A DNA stretch of 64,000 nt from Candidatus Latescibacterota bacterium (GTDB taxonomy: Bacteria > Latescibacterota > UBA2968), in NCBI GenBank assembly GCA_965204375.1, contig OZ241986.1, positions 4,896,001 to 4,960,000 on the forward strand. Direction: 5' to 3'. The position numbers and the translations under genes are program-made. Under the pieces are notes generated by a model. That model was not told where the DNA came from, made no database searches, and was given only the letters and a program-made list of their open reading frames with translations. This document shows positions 19,210 to 28,366 of this stretch, one piece after another (the stretch's first letter is position 1; each line of letters starts with the position of its first letter).

Positions 19210-19263
19210 AAGGACTACTGGAAGGCCCATAACAACACGCAGTAGCAATAGGAGGAAAGTTAC

Positions 19264-19297
19264 AGCCCGCTGACCAATAAGATCGGCGGGCTATTTT
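19264..19297 (+). terminator. Intrinsic terminator after the protease
   Basis: agcccgctga / tcggcgggct stem followed by atttt. Confidence 0.65.
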
Positions 19298-19302
19298 GCA
19301 GC

Positions 19303-19338
19303 AAAATCGCCGTGAAAATCATCAACCACTACGGCGAT
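19303..19338 (+). pseudogene. Stump resembling the C-terminus of a type III-like DNA methyltransferase
   Basis: Reads KIAVKIINHYGD, close to the conserved KIAVKVINHYGDE end of Mod-like methylases. Confidence 0.5.
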
Positions 19339-19524
19339 ATATGGAACTCAACTTTTTTCTTTGCGCTGTATAGATAAATTCGAGCAATACCTTGACGACA
19401 TTGACATTACTGGGTGCTCTAATATATTATTTCATGCTCAAGATATTTACGATTGGCAGAAACCGTTTGACGAGATTTATGCCCAATACCTGAAAAGATA
19501 GTTGCAGAGTCTGGGATGCTCACT

Positions 19525-19674
19525 ATGAACAGAAGAGAGATGCAGAAGTTGATTGAGGAGTATTTTGCGTTTTGCAAGGAACAGGGGAAAGAGCCGGAAG
19601 AACCTTTAACAGATGAAGCTCTTGTGCAAGTAGCTGATGCACGTTTTATCGAACTCGATAAAGCGACAAAGTAA
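19525..19674 (+). pseudogene. 49-aa chimeric ORF containing a HicB-like antitoxin fragment
   Basis: Reads MNRREMQKLIEEYFAFCKEQGKEPEEPLTDEALVQVADARFIELDKATK*. The EYFAFCKEQGKEPE segment resembles the HicB motif. Confidence 0.45.
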
Positions 19675-19682
19675 AGTTAAAA

Positions 19683-20513
19683 ATGCCCAACTTCTTATTT
19701 TGGAACACACACGGAAACCAAATTCATGATCAGGTAAGGACACTTGCTATTGAACGAAATGCGGCTCTCATCATTTTGGCAGAGTGTAAACTGGACATTG
19801 CTCGTCTCGTTGAGTTACTAAACAGAGAGAGTTCACAACAAAGAGAGAGTTCAAAACAATACGAAACCAGTCTGTACGAATTATCAACGAGAAAACTGGT
19901 GTTTATTCATAATTCAGTGGTGAATAAATTTCATCTCATAAGAGATTCGTCACTCGGATCGTTTGGCGTATTCAACACAGAGGAAGGCAAAGAGGTTATT
20001 ATCGCAGCTATACATTTCCCGAGTAAACGGGACCGAGACGATTTGGATTTTAATATTTTCGCAGAAGAATTTCGCAAGGAGTTAGAGAAAATGGAAAGAG
20101 AAAGGGGGCATTCTCGGTCCGTTATTGTAGGCGACTTCAATATGAATCCTTTTGAAGACGGTATGATTGCAGCCAACTGTCTCCATGCAGTTATGGACTG
20201 TGAGATTGCAAAGAAGAAAGGGCGAAGGGTACAGGGACACTTTTACAAATATCTATATAATCCCATGTGGGGAAGAATGGGAGATACTTCACTGGGACCG
20301 CCGGGAACCTATTTTTATCAAAGGTCTGCACAAAGAAACTATTTTTGGCACACATTTGATCAAGTCTTGATACGACCCGATTTAATACCTAACTTTCCAA
20401 GCGAGAAACTTGAAGTGGTGCAATCAATCAATGCGACTTCTCTTCTGACAAAATCAGGTCGTCCACGCAAGAGCATCTCTGATCATTTACCGCTTGTTTT
20501 TGCTATTGAATAA
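19683..20513 (+). CDS. Endonuclease/exonuclease/phosphatase (EEP) family protein
   Basis: Motifs FWN, LAE, HFPSK, GDFNMNP, FDQV and SDHLP. Confidence 0.9.
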   Translation: MPNFLFWNTHGNQIHDQVRTLAIERNAALIILAECKLDIARLVELLNRESSQQRESSKQYETSLYELSTRKLVFIHNSVVNKFHLIRDSSLGSFGVFNTEEGKEVIIAAIHFPSKRDRDDLDFNIFAEEFRKELEKMERERGHSRSVIVGDFNMNPFEDGMIAANCLHAVMDCEIAKKKGRRVQGHFYKYLYNPMWGRMGDTSLGPPGTYFYQRSAQRNYFWHTFDQVLIRPDLIPNFPSEKLEVVQSINATSLLTKSGRPRKSISDHLPLVFAIE

Positions 20514-20530
20514 CCCGACTGGAGGATGTT

Positions 20531-21418
20531 ATGATCAAAGAAGACTATTGGGGGAACTTGACCACTAAAAAGCCAAAGGATTCTCCGAGACAAATTCTTG
20601 AGGAACAGGTGGCGATTTTGGAAGATAAAACGGAAAATCAGTTGACAGGCTCCGTAGCTTCTCAAACTATTGGCAACCGCATGCGAACAACGCTTGCCGT
20701 CATCGCTCCTGAGTTGGATTATCGGTTAGATCTGGTTACTGTTGATCATGATGTGAACGCGGAAGGTTTTTATCCATTGCGAATTGAAAATAATCTGACG
20801 AACACGAGGACATCATGTGAAAAAGAAGATATGTTCAAAATCAAATTGAAAGAGATCCTTTCTTCTTCGCAGACAACCAGTACGCTACAGAAATTACTCG
20901 AGGCTATTCCTGTGCCATCCCGTGTCTCGGTTTACTCTGATCTCGGGTACCCGATATCGGAGGCAACCGTGGTGGCTATCGCGGACAATGGTACAACAAA
21001 GTCTGCCAAAACAGATCAAGACGGTGTTGCTTATCTTTTCATAGCGACCACACGCCCTTATAGACTCTTGATAGCACATCGCAATTTTTCAGGACAAATA
21101 GTCAATTCTTGGGATTTTTCCGAGGCTATCGACATTACCTTGTCTTCAGCTAAAAATACGGGTTCTGTAATCTGCATGAGCACTGGCTACATTCCTAACT
21201 TAGCGGGACGACTGAATCCCATCTTAGACAGCAACAACAGAACCTATCTATATGCTGAAAACATCGCTATCAATGGGGGCGATAACCAACCTGTCAAGTT
21301 CAAAGTCAATGAGCCTTTCGAACTTGAAGATAGCAACGGCGTGGTCATGCAAGTCCAAGTGCTTCACATTCAAGGTCGAACGTCTTTGCTTGAATATACG
21401 AAAAAATATAATGACTAA
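20531..21418 (+). CDS. Hypothetical two-domain protein, the EEP partner (C-terminal half carboxypeptidase-regulatory/Ig-like)
   Basis: RBS GGAGG, 17 nt after the EEP stop. The N-terminus reads YWG...SPRQILEEQ and the C-terminal half contains PISEATV...AKTDQDG. Confidence 0.7.
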   Translation: MIKEDYWGNLTTKKPKDSPRQILEEQVAILEDKTENQLTGSVASQTIGNRMRTTLAVIAPELDYRLDLVTVDHDVNAEGFYPLRIENNLTNTRTSCEKEDMFKIKLKEILSSSQTTSTLQKLLEAIPVPSRVSVYSDLGYPISEATVVAIADNGTTKSAKTDQDGVAYLFIATTRPYRLLIAHRNFSGQIVNSWDFSEAIDITLSSAKNTGSVICMSTGYIPNLAGRLNPILDSNNRTYLYAENIAINGGDNQPVKFKVNEPFELEDSNGVVMQVQVLHIQGRTSLLEYTKKYND

Positions 21419-21454
21419 GAGTAATCGCCAACTTGTAAATCAGAAGGAAATGTC

Positions 21455-23830
21455 ATGAACAATCGCGTGAAGATACTTTTTATTCTTGTATTCTTCTTCC
21501 AAACGGCAGACGCGAAAGCGGATTGGCCGAACTGGGGTGGTCCCAACAGAGACTTCAGAGTCAACGACGCGGGCATTTTCCCCTCTGACCAACCCTACGC
21601 GTTGAAAATCGTCTGGAAAAAGCCTCTCGGTGCCGGGTACTCATCCATCTCGGTTCTCGGTGACCTCGCCGTAACTATGTACTCCGATGAAACCTTTGAT
21701 TACGTCATCGGCTTCAATACAGAAGATGGATCAGAACGATGGAAATACAAAATCGGCACTGCCTATCTCGGCCACTACGGCTCGCAGAGCGGTCCCCTGT
21801 CAACGCCGATAGTGACAGAAGACAAAGTCATCGCATTAGGTCCCCGGGGAAAATTGTTCGCACTTGATGCAAACACAGGGAAAGAACTCTGGGCGATAGA
21901 CCTCGTCGCAGCCCATCGCGCCACAGTGCCATTTTGGGGCTTTACCTCATCCCCAATTTTACACGACAACCGCCTGATCGTCCAAACAGGGGGAACACAT
22001 GCGGTCTCCGCTTATGATCCCACGTCTGGTGATTTAATCTGGTCGGCATTTAGCGACTCGGTCAACTACCAATCGCCGGGTCTATTCGCCTTTGACAACC
22101 GCAAACACCTCGTCTTCTTTGGCAACAAATATCTCGCGGGCTTATCTCCCGAAACCGGTGAAATCCTGTGGCAATTTGCACATCGCGGGCAGACCGGCGC
22201 GGGGCATACCAGCGGGCATCCCGTCGAGATTGGCGAAGGGCGATATTTTGTAAAAAACGGCGGCATGCTGGTCGGCTTGAGAGCCGATAGCGAAACCTTT
22301 GCCGCAGAGGAAATTTGGCGGACCCGCCACATTCGGGGAACGTATAGCTACTCAGTATTTAACACAAATCTCCTGTTCGGCTATAACGGTCGCATTCTCA
22401 CATGCATTGATGCAAACACCGGAGAACGCTTATGGCGCTCACGCGAGCCGGGAGATGGCTTCCCCATCATCGTAGATAACCACCTCGTAATCATGACAAA
22501 AGAAGGCAATCTCGCCGTCGCACAGGCTTCGGGTGAGGGATACCGCGAAACAGCCCGTTTGAAACTCTTCGACGAAATTTCCTGGACACATGCCAGCCTG
22601 GCCAATGGCAGGTTTTATGCGCGCAGCATGTCGGAAATCGCCTGCATCGAAGTCGTATCTGAAACACAAGTGGCAGAATCAGGCGCAGAAAGCATCGCGC
22701 CAAACTCGCGCTTTGCACAATTTGTCAAAGAAGTGCAACAATCCACAGACAAAAAAACGCAAATCGATCAGTTCATGGCACAACAGAAAAGCTTTCCAAT
22801 CCTCGAAGGCGAGAATCTCGTGCATTTTGTATATCGCGGCAAAGCGGAAGACGTCACCATAACCGGTGATCACGTAGGGCGGCGATATGACCACCCCATG
22901 CATCGCATTGAGGGAACGGACTTCTTCTATTCCACCGCACAACTCGAACCCAACGCCCGCATCACCTATCGCTACACCCTGGACTTACAGAGATCCATCC
23001 CCGACCCACTCAACCCACGACAGATTCGAACCCTCTTCTTTGGCCGCGCTTCCTATTTCGGCATGCCGCGCTGGCAGGCTCCCGACCATCTCAAAGCGCG
23101 ACGAGACGGTATTCACGGCAAAATTGACACCATGCGTTTTGAAAGTGCGGAAATTGGGAGGCAACGCAACTTAGAAATCTATCTCCCGGCAGGTTATCAT
23201 GAAAGCAATGAACAATACCCTGTTGTGTATGTTCACGCTGCGCGCCGGCAGTGGTCGCTGGGAAAAATGAATATCTCGCTGGACAATATCATCGGCAAGC
23301 GCGTGCGCCCTGTAATCGTGGTATTTGTTCCATCTCTCTTCAGAGGTGGATACGCAGAGTACGTAGGGGCAAATCGCGATGCGTACAATCGGATCTTTAC
23401 AGAAGAGATCGTGCCCTACATCGACCGGACATATCGCACCATTAAAAACCGCGAAAACCGGGCAAATATCGGGACAATTTACGGCGGATTTATGGCATTT
23501 TACGCCACCTTTACACACCCCGACATATTTGGCAAAATAGGCATACAATCCCTATCCTGGGATCAGACCGCAGAAGCCAAAGATGCGGACCTGGTCTTTC
23601 AGGCAACAAAACAAATGCCCATAGATATTTATCTGGACTGGGGAAAATACGACTTGCGAAGTCCAATGGAGGGAAATGATCTGGGCAAGAGCACGGCATC
23701 GTTTGCCCAACTACTAAAAAAGAGAGGTTATACCTTTACTGGAGGCGAAGTAAACGATGGCGCTGGTTGGGCGAGTTGGCAAAACCGAACGGACAAAATA
23801 TTTGAAACGCTTTTTCCTTTCTCGGATTGA
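21455..23830 (+). CDS. Secreted PQQ-type beta-propeller fused to an enterochelin-esterase (Fes)-like alpha/beta hydrolase
   Basis: Signal peptide, DWPNWGGPNR, repeated xDxxTGxxxW motifs, PDPLNP, IYLPAGY, YPVVY and EEIVPYIDRTY. Confidence 0.85.
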   Translation: MNNRVKILFILVFFFQTADAKADWPNWGGPNRDFRVNDAGIFPSDQPYALKIVWKKPLGAGYSSISVLGDLAVTMYSDETFDYVIGFNTEDGSERWKYKIGTAYLGHYGSQSGPLSTPIVTEDKVIALGPRGKLFALDANTGKELWAIDLVAAHRATVPFWGFTSSPILHDNRLIVQTGGTHAVSAYDPTSGDLIWSAFSDSVNYQSPGLFAFDNRKHLVFFGNKYLAGLSPETGEILWQFAHRGQTGAGHTSGHPVEIGEGRYFVKNGGMLVGLRADSETFAAEEIWRTRHIRGTYSYSVFNTNLLFGYNGRILTCIDANTGERLWRSREPGDGFPIIVDNHLVIMTKEGNLAVAQASGEGYRETARLKLFDEISWTHASLANGRFYARSMSEIACIEVVSETQVAESGAESIAPNSRFAQFVKEVQQSTDKKTQIDQFMAQQKSFPILEGENLVHFVYRGKAEDVTITGDHVGRRYDHPMHRIEGTDFFYSTAQLEPNARITYRYTLDLQRSIPDPLNPRQIRTLFFGRASYFGMPRWQAPDHLKARRDGIHGKIDTMRFESAEIGRQRNLEIYLPAGYHESNEQYPVVYVHAARRQWSLGKMNISLDNIIGKRVRPVIVVFVPSLFRGGYAEYVGANRDAYNRIFTEEIVPYIDRTYRTIKNRENRANIGTIYGGFMAFYATFTHPDIFGKIGIQSLSWDQTAEAKDADLVFQATKQMPIDIYLDWGKYDLRSPMEGNDLGKSTASFAQLLKKRGYTFTGGEVNDGAGWASWQNRTDKIFETLFPFSD

Positions 23831-23831
23831 T

Positions 23832-24566
23832 TCAGTTTCCCTGTTTCCCGCTTCTTTCTCTCTCAGGTGATCTCGGCGGAGGACTGCCGCGGTCACCCGC
23901 AGCGCGATTCCTGCGTCTATTGCGCCGCTTTATCTCTTCCAACTCTGCATGAATGGCTTTTTGAATTTCAACGCGAGAGGCACCATCGGCAATTAATTTG
24001 TCAATTTTTTTTTGGAGATCAGACATCTCGTCTTCTGTCAACCGAGAACTGGAGTAATCGGGTCTCTGCCCCTCCCAATTAATCCCCATAACAGCTAACT
24101 CGTCGCGTATCTCTCTGTAAATCCTGTGATAGGTCGCACCATTCGCTTTTAGAGCCTCCGCCTTTTTGCGAAGTGCAGACATCTGATCTTCTGTCAACAC
24201 CGCACTTAATCGCGTCAAAAATGTTTCTGTTAAATCTACGCCAAAACCCTCGAGTTCGGTAAAAATAGCCCTTCTAATCTCAGGGAGTTCTGCCCCTCCC
24301 TCGAGTAATTCATTGATCTTCGCCTGCAGAGCCATCCGCTGCGCTTCCGTCAATTGCGCCGAAAGCACCCACAACAGCGCACTTCCCCGAGACCGCTGAC
24401 TTAAACGATGGCGGAAGGTCACGCGATCATCGATACCATCGCCATCCTCATCGACAAAAGCCGGTGGCGACTCCTCCTGTTTTTCTTGTGTATTAGCAAA
24501 CGCATCGCACCACAGCATTGCAATTATCAAAAATATAGCAATTAAACACCGTTTCATATCTGCCAT
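23832..24566 (-). CDS. Secreted helical-repeat hypothetical protein
   Basis: Signal peptide, FVDEDGDGIDD and three LTExQ...L...GA...EI...I..EL repeats. Confidence 0.7.
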   Translation of the reverse strand: MADMKRCLIAIFLIIAMLWCDAFANTQEKQEESPPAFVDEDGDGIDDRVTFRHRLSQRSRGSALLWVLSAQLTEAQRMALQAKINELLEGGAELPEIRRAIFTELEGFGVDLTETFLTRLSAVLTEDQMSALRKKAEALKANGATYHRIYREIRDELAVMGINWEGQRPDYSSSRLTEDEMSDLQKKIDKLIADGASRVEIQKAIHAELEEIKRRNRRRNRAAGDRGSPPPRSPERERSGKQGN

Positions 24567-24598
24567 TTCCTGTAAAATCCGTAGTTATGGGCTAATAT

Positions 24599-25960
24599 CT
24601 ATTCTGCCCGACCCGTCTTTGTTTTTTCTCCAAGCGGAAAAATCAACGTAAACCTCGCCCCGCCCTCTGTCCTGTTCTCCACCCGCACCTGCCCTTCGTT
24701 TTGCATCACAACGCGCTTCACAATCGCCAATCCCAGACCCGTACTATTGGAATTTTCATCTACCCGATAAAAAGGCTCAAATATCTTTTCTCTCAAATGT
24801 TCGGGAATACCACAGCCATCGTCTTCCACACTGATATGCGCCATTTCATCCTCTTTTTTTCCCGTGATCCAGATATGGCGCCTGGCATGTCGCACTGCAT
24901 TGGTAACCAGATTGGTAAGCGCGCGTTTGAAATGCGTCGCATTTGCCCAGACCATCAGGTGTTCACTGTCAATCTCCACGGAAATATCCTCGCGCAATTC
25001 TGCTACCATCTCGCGCAACTCTCTCATTTGTGCATCAACATCGATTTCTGTGCGATGTGAAATATCCTGTTCTAATCGCGCAAAATCCATCAACTCTTCA
25101 ACCAGATCATTGAGTTCATACACCGAGCGTTCAATGCGTTGAATATCCGTATGCTCACCCTTCGATACACCATTATTCTTCAATTGATTGAGCAGAAAAA
25201 AGATACGTGCCAGAGGCGTTCTCAGTTCGTGCGACACCGCTCTTAAAAGCTCCCGCTGTCCATCGACCATCCCCTCAATGCGATCGGCCATGCCATTGAA
25301 ACTACGCGCCAAATCCGCCACAGCATGGCCCTTCCCAACTGGAGACCGGCTGCTCAAATCACCCCTCCCAAACCGCTCGGCAGCATCCGACAATGCGTAA
25401 ACTCGCCGTTCAAAAGGGTGAATCAAAAAATAAATCGCCACACCTATACCCAACAAAATCGCGACCAGAATACCAAAAAAGAAAACATCAATTTGAAAAA
25501 AGAAATTGCCGCCATCGCCCTCACCATCTCCTTCTTCAATCAAATTATCCTGCCATCGAATCATCTCCTCGAGCAGGTATGGTCCCAACACAATAACATC
25601 GCCATTGGGTGCCATCTGGTATGTCTGCAATCTTTTCTCTATGGAAATAGTCACAACCTCTCCAGCTTTCAAACCGTCTTTCTCAGCCGAAGAAAGCGGC
25701 AAAACAAACAACGGCTCCAGCGTGATGGGCATGCGGTGCGTCAGACTGAACATATTGAGCACCAGCAACTGCGCCACGGGATCCGAATCCACAGCCTCGA
25801 TTTCCTCGCGAACCATTGCGATAAGCGCCTGAGTCTTGTCCTCAAAATCAGACTGCCGAACAGAGGCGACCCACTGCTTTGACATTGCCAAAAATCCAAA
25901 CGCACTCAAAAGCAAAACAATGGCAATTCCCGCATAAATACGGATAAATTGTTTCCTCAT
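24599..25960 (-). CDS. Sensor histidine kinase (two TM helices, HAMP, HisKA, HATPase; RstB/CpxA-like)
   Basis: Motifs VSHELRTPL, NLVTNA, DDGCG, FEPFYR and GLGLAIV. Confidence 0.92.
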   Translation of the reverse strand: MRKQFIRIYAGIAIVLLLSAFGFLAMSKQWVASVRQSDFEDKTQALIAMVREEIEAVDSDPVAQLLVLNMFSLTHRMPITLEPLFVLPLSSAEKDGLKAGEVVTISIEKRLQTYQMAPNGDVIVLGPYLLEEMIRWQDNLIEEGDGEGDGGNFFFQIDVFFFGILVAILLGIGVAIYFLIHPFERRVYALSDAAERFGRGDLSSRSPVGKGHAVADLARSFNGMADRIEGMVDGQRELLRAVSHELRTPLARIFFLLNQLKNNGVSKGEHTDIQRIERSVYELNDLVEELMDFARLEQDISHRTEIDVDAQMRELREMVAELREDISVEIDSEHLMVWANATHFKRALTNLVTNAVRHARRHIWITGKKEDEMAHISVEDDGCGIPEHLREKIFEPFYRVDENSNSTGLGLAIVKRVVMQNEGQVRVENRTEGGARFTLIFPLGEKTKTGRAE

Positions 25961-25973
25961 CGGTCACTCGCTT

Positions 25974-26669
25974 TCACTCCGCGCCGACCAACAGATAACC
26001 CACACCGCGCACAGTCTTGATCGAAACAGATGTTGAACTATCGCCGCCGAGTTTTTGGCGAAGGCGCGAAATGTACACATCCACGCTGCGATCCAACCCA
26101 TCGTAATCGTAGTTAAACAACGCCTGATAAATATCCTGCCGACTCACCACTTCACCGGCCTGATTGGCCAGATAATGGAGCAAATCAAATTCATAAGTCG
26201 TAAGATCAACGACGCGTTCTCCCATCCTGACCTCCCGGCGATTTGCATCCACCATCAAATCCCCCACCATCACCCGCTTTGACGCCGTGGGTTTCTGGGT
26301 ACTAACGGCCCTGCGCAGCAACGCGCGCACCCTTGCCAGAAGCAATTGGGGTCGCACGGGTTTGGTCACATAATCATCACCACCCATCTCCAGACCCAAA
26401 ATTTCATCTAATTCGTCATCTCGAGCCGTCAAAAATAAAATTGGCCCATCGTATTCTGGACGCACTTCCCGGCAGACAGTATATCCGTTCATCTCCGGCA
26501 ACATAACATCCAGAATGATCAGATCGGGCGGAGAAGCCAAAATGAGATCTCGAGCAGCCCTGCCCTCGGACTCGTGCCAGACCACAAATCCCTCATTCTG
26601 CAAAAAATCGCGCGTCAAATCCGCCAATTCCCTATCGTCTTCAACCAGCAAAATCGTCTGATCTGCCAT
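25974..26669 (-). CDS. OmpR/PhoB-family response regulator
   Basis: Motifs LVEDD, LDVMLP, DDYVTKP, RSVDVYISRLRQKL and TVRGVGY. Confidence 0.93.
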   Translation of the reverse strand: MADQTILLVEDDRELADLTRDFLQNEGFVVWHESEGRAARDLILASPPDLIILDVMLPEMNGYTVCREVRPEYDGPILFLTARDDELDEILGLEMGGDDYVTKPVRPQLLLARVRALLRRAVSTQKPTASKRVMVGDLMVDANRREVRMGERVVDLTTYEFDLLHYLANQAGEVVSRQDIYQALFNYDYDGLDRSVDVYISRLRQKLGGDSSTSVSIKTVRGVGYLLVGAE

Positions 26670-26704
26670 GGGATTTATCTCTGATTTTGGATTTGTCTGC
26701 TCAT

Positions 26705-27580
26705 TTACACCAGACGCTTCACGGTTTCCGCAATCTGTGCGCGTTGTGCATCGCTCGCCGGTCGCCCTGGCGGCCTCGGGTCTCCACAATCAACCCCCAA
26801 TCGCGCACTCAACGCCACCTTTATCACCGAATGAAAGCCGCCGCCTGTGCTCAACATCTCATAAGCACGCGATGCTTTATCCTGTGCTGCTTCTGCCGCC
26901 TTCAAATCCCCTGCCCGATACGCTTTCCAGATCGCCACCCACAATTCGGGAAACACATTCAGCGGCCCATCCACACACCCACACGCGCCAATTGTCATCG
27001 CCGGCAACATCAATCGGTGATTGCCAATAAAACACGACAACCCCATTCCGGCAAACGTCCGTACATTAGCAAACGTCTGTGCCGAATGCTTTAATCCCTT
27101 CAATTGTGGCACGCGGTCTTGAATTTTTGTCATCATCCCAGGCGTAATTTCCACGCCTGTTGCCCCCGGCAAATTGTACACAAAGAGTGGTAGATCAGCA
27201 GCTCCTGCCACAATCCGATAATGCTCGGCAATATCGTCGTCATCGCGCCGATAAAAAAACGGCGGCACACAACACAGCGCATCTGCACCCACACGGGCTG
27301 CGTGCTCGGCCAACTGCGCTGCGCGGTCTGTTGTTGGCGCACCCACATGCATAATAACTTTTGCACGCCCATTCGATTGATCCACAATCGCCGATGCAAC
27401 CTGCATATTTTCATCATCGTGCAACAACACACTCTCCCCAGTACCCCCCGCGACCCAAAAACCGTGTACACCGGCATCGATATTAAACTCTACAATTTTG
27501 CGAAACACCGCTTCGTTAAACTGTCCATCCTGTCCCATAGGTGTCGCAATAGCAGGTACTACGCCTTCAAAATCGCCCAT
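26705..27580 (-). CDS. Dihydrodipicolinate synthase / N-acetylneuraminate lyase family protein
   Basis: Motifs GGTGE, PPFFY, YNLP and GLKHS (Schiff-base Lys). Confidence 0.9.
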   Translation of the reverse strand: MGDFEGVVPAIATPMGQDGQFNEAVFRKIVEFNIDAGVHGFWVAGGTGESVLLHDDENMQVASAIVDQSNGRAKVIMHVGAPTTDRAAQLAEHAARVGADALCCVPPFFYRRDDDDIAEHYRIVAGAADLPLFVYNLPGATGVEITPGMMTKIQDRVPQLKGLKHSAQTFANVRTFAGMGLSCFIGNHRLMLPAMTIGACGCVDGPLNVFPELWVAIWKAYRAGDLKAAEAAQDKASRAYEMLSTGGGFHSVIKVALSARLGVDCGDPRPPGRPASDAQRAQIAETVKRLV

Positions 27581-27601
27581 TCAAATCTCCCGTTTTTAGA
27601 T

Positions 27602-28363
27602 TCATTGCCCCAGCGTGCGAATATCCAATCGCGTAACACTCACATGTCCTGCGCGCAAAACCATACCATCTGTGCCCGCGCGCTCTTCTACCTCTGGCTG
27701 ATCGATATTGTGATAATACCCCTCTTCGGATGCCTCAAAACACGACGTGTAAAACGTGTGTCCAAGCACTGTTGGTATAACGCGCCAGTCATCAGATGGT
27801 TCAGCCGGCATATTCACATTCCACGTCACGGGATCGGACAGAAAATCTGTCCGATTATTCAAAAATGCAAATACCCGGTGCAACATCGCGCGACACTTTT
27901 CCAGCAACGGCTCCCGCACATCGGGTTGCATCGCACGAGCCTCAACCCACTTTCGAAACACCTGTCTGGGCAAAACCTGTGACAATGCCACGGCTGGCAA
28001 TTCCGCGATATTGGCTTCTAAGCCTGCTCCAATCGTCCCCGATGAAAGCGCGAAACTCAACCCCGCATTGCTGCCCATATTAATACCCGAAATCACCAGA
28101 TCGGGTTTGCCGCCATCAAACACGTGATAAATGCCAAAATTCGCGCAATCCGCTGGCGTCCCCGAAAACGAGTATGTCTCACACGCAAATCCATCCAACC
28201 GCTCGACATGACGTGTGCCAAACCGCGTCATCGCCTTGCCTTTCCAACTCTGCTCTTCGGCAGGCACCACGGCTTTCACATCTCCCATCACCTGAAAATA
28301 ATCCACTGCAAACAGAAACAGAGGAGAATCCAAACTGTCGTCATTGGTCAATAAAATTTTCAA
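27602..28363 (-). CDS. surE: SurE-family 5'/3'-nucleotidase
   Basis: Motifs ILLTNDD, GTPADC, SGINMGSN, SSGT and NVNMP. Confidence 0.85.
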   Translation of the reverse strand: MKILLTNDDSLDSPLFLFAVDYFQVMGDVKAVVPAEEQSWKGKAMTRFGTRHVERLDGFACETYSFSGTPADCANFGIYHVFDGGKPDLVISGINMGSNAGLSFALSSGTIGAGLEANIAELPAVALSQVLPRQVFRKWVEARAMQPDVREPLLEKCRAMLHRVFAFLNNRTDFLSDPVTWNVNMPAEPSDDWRVIPTVLGHTFYTSCFEASEEGYYHNIDQPEVEERAGTDGMVLRAGHVSVTRLDIRTLGQ

Positions 28364-28366
28364 AAA

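Noticed and set aside
19225-19260. gcccataacaac as a possible integron attC start
   Set aside because: There is no matching GTTRRRY end or paired L boxes, and no integrase in the window.
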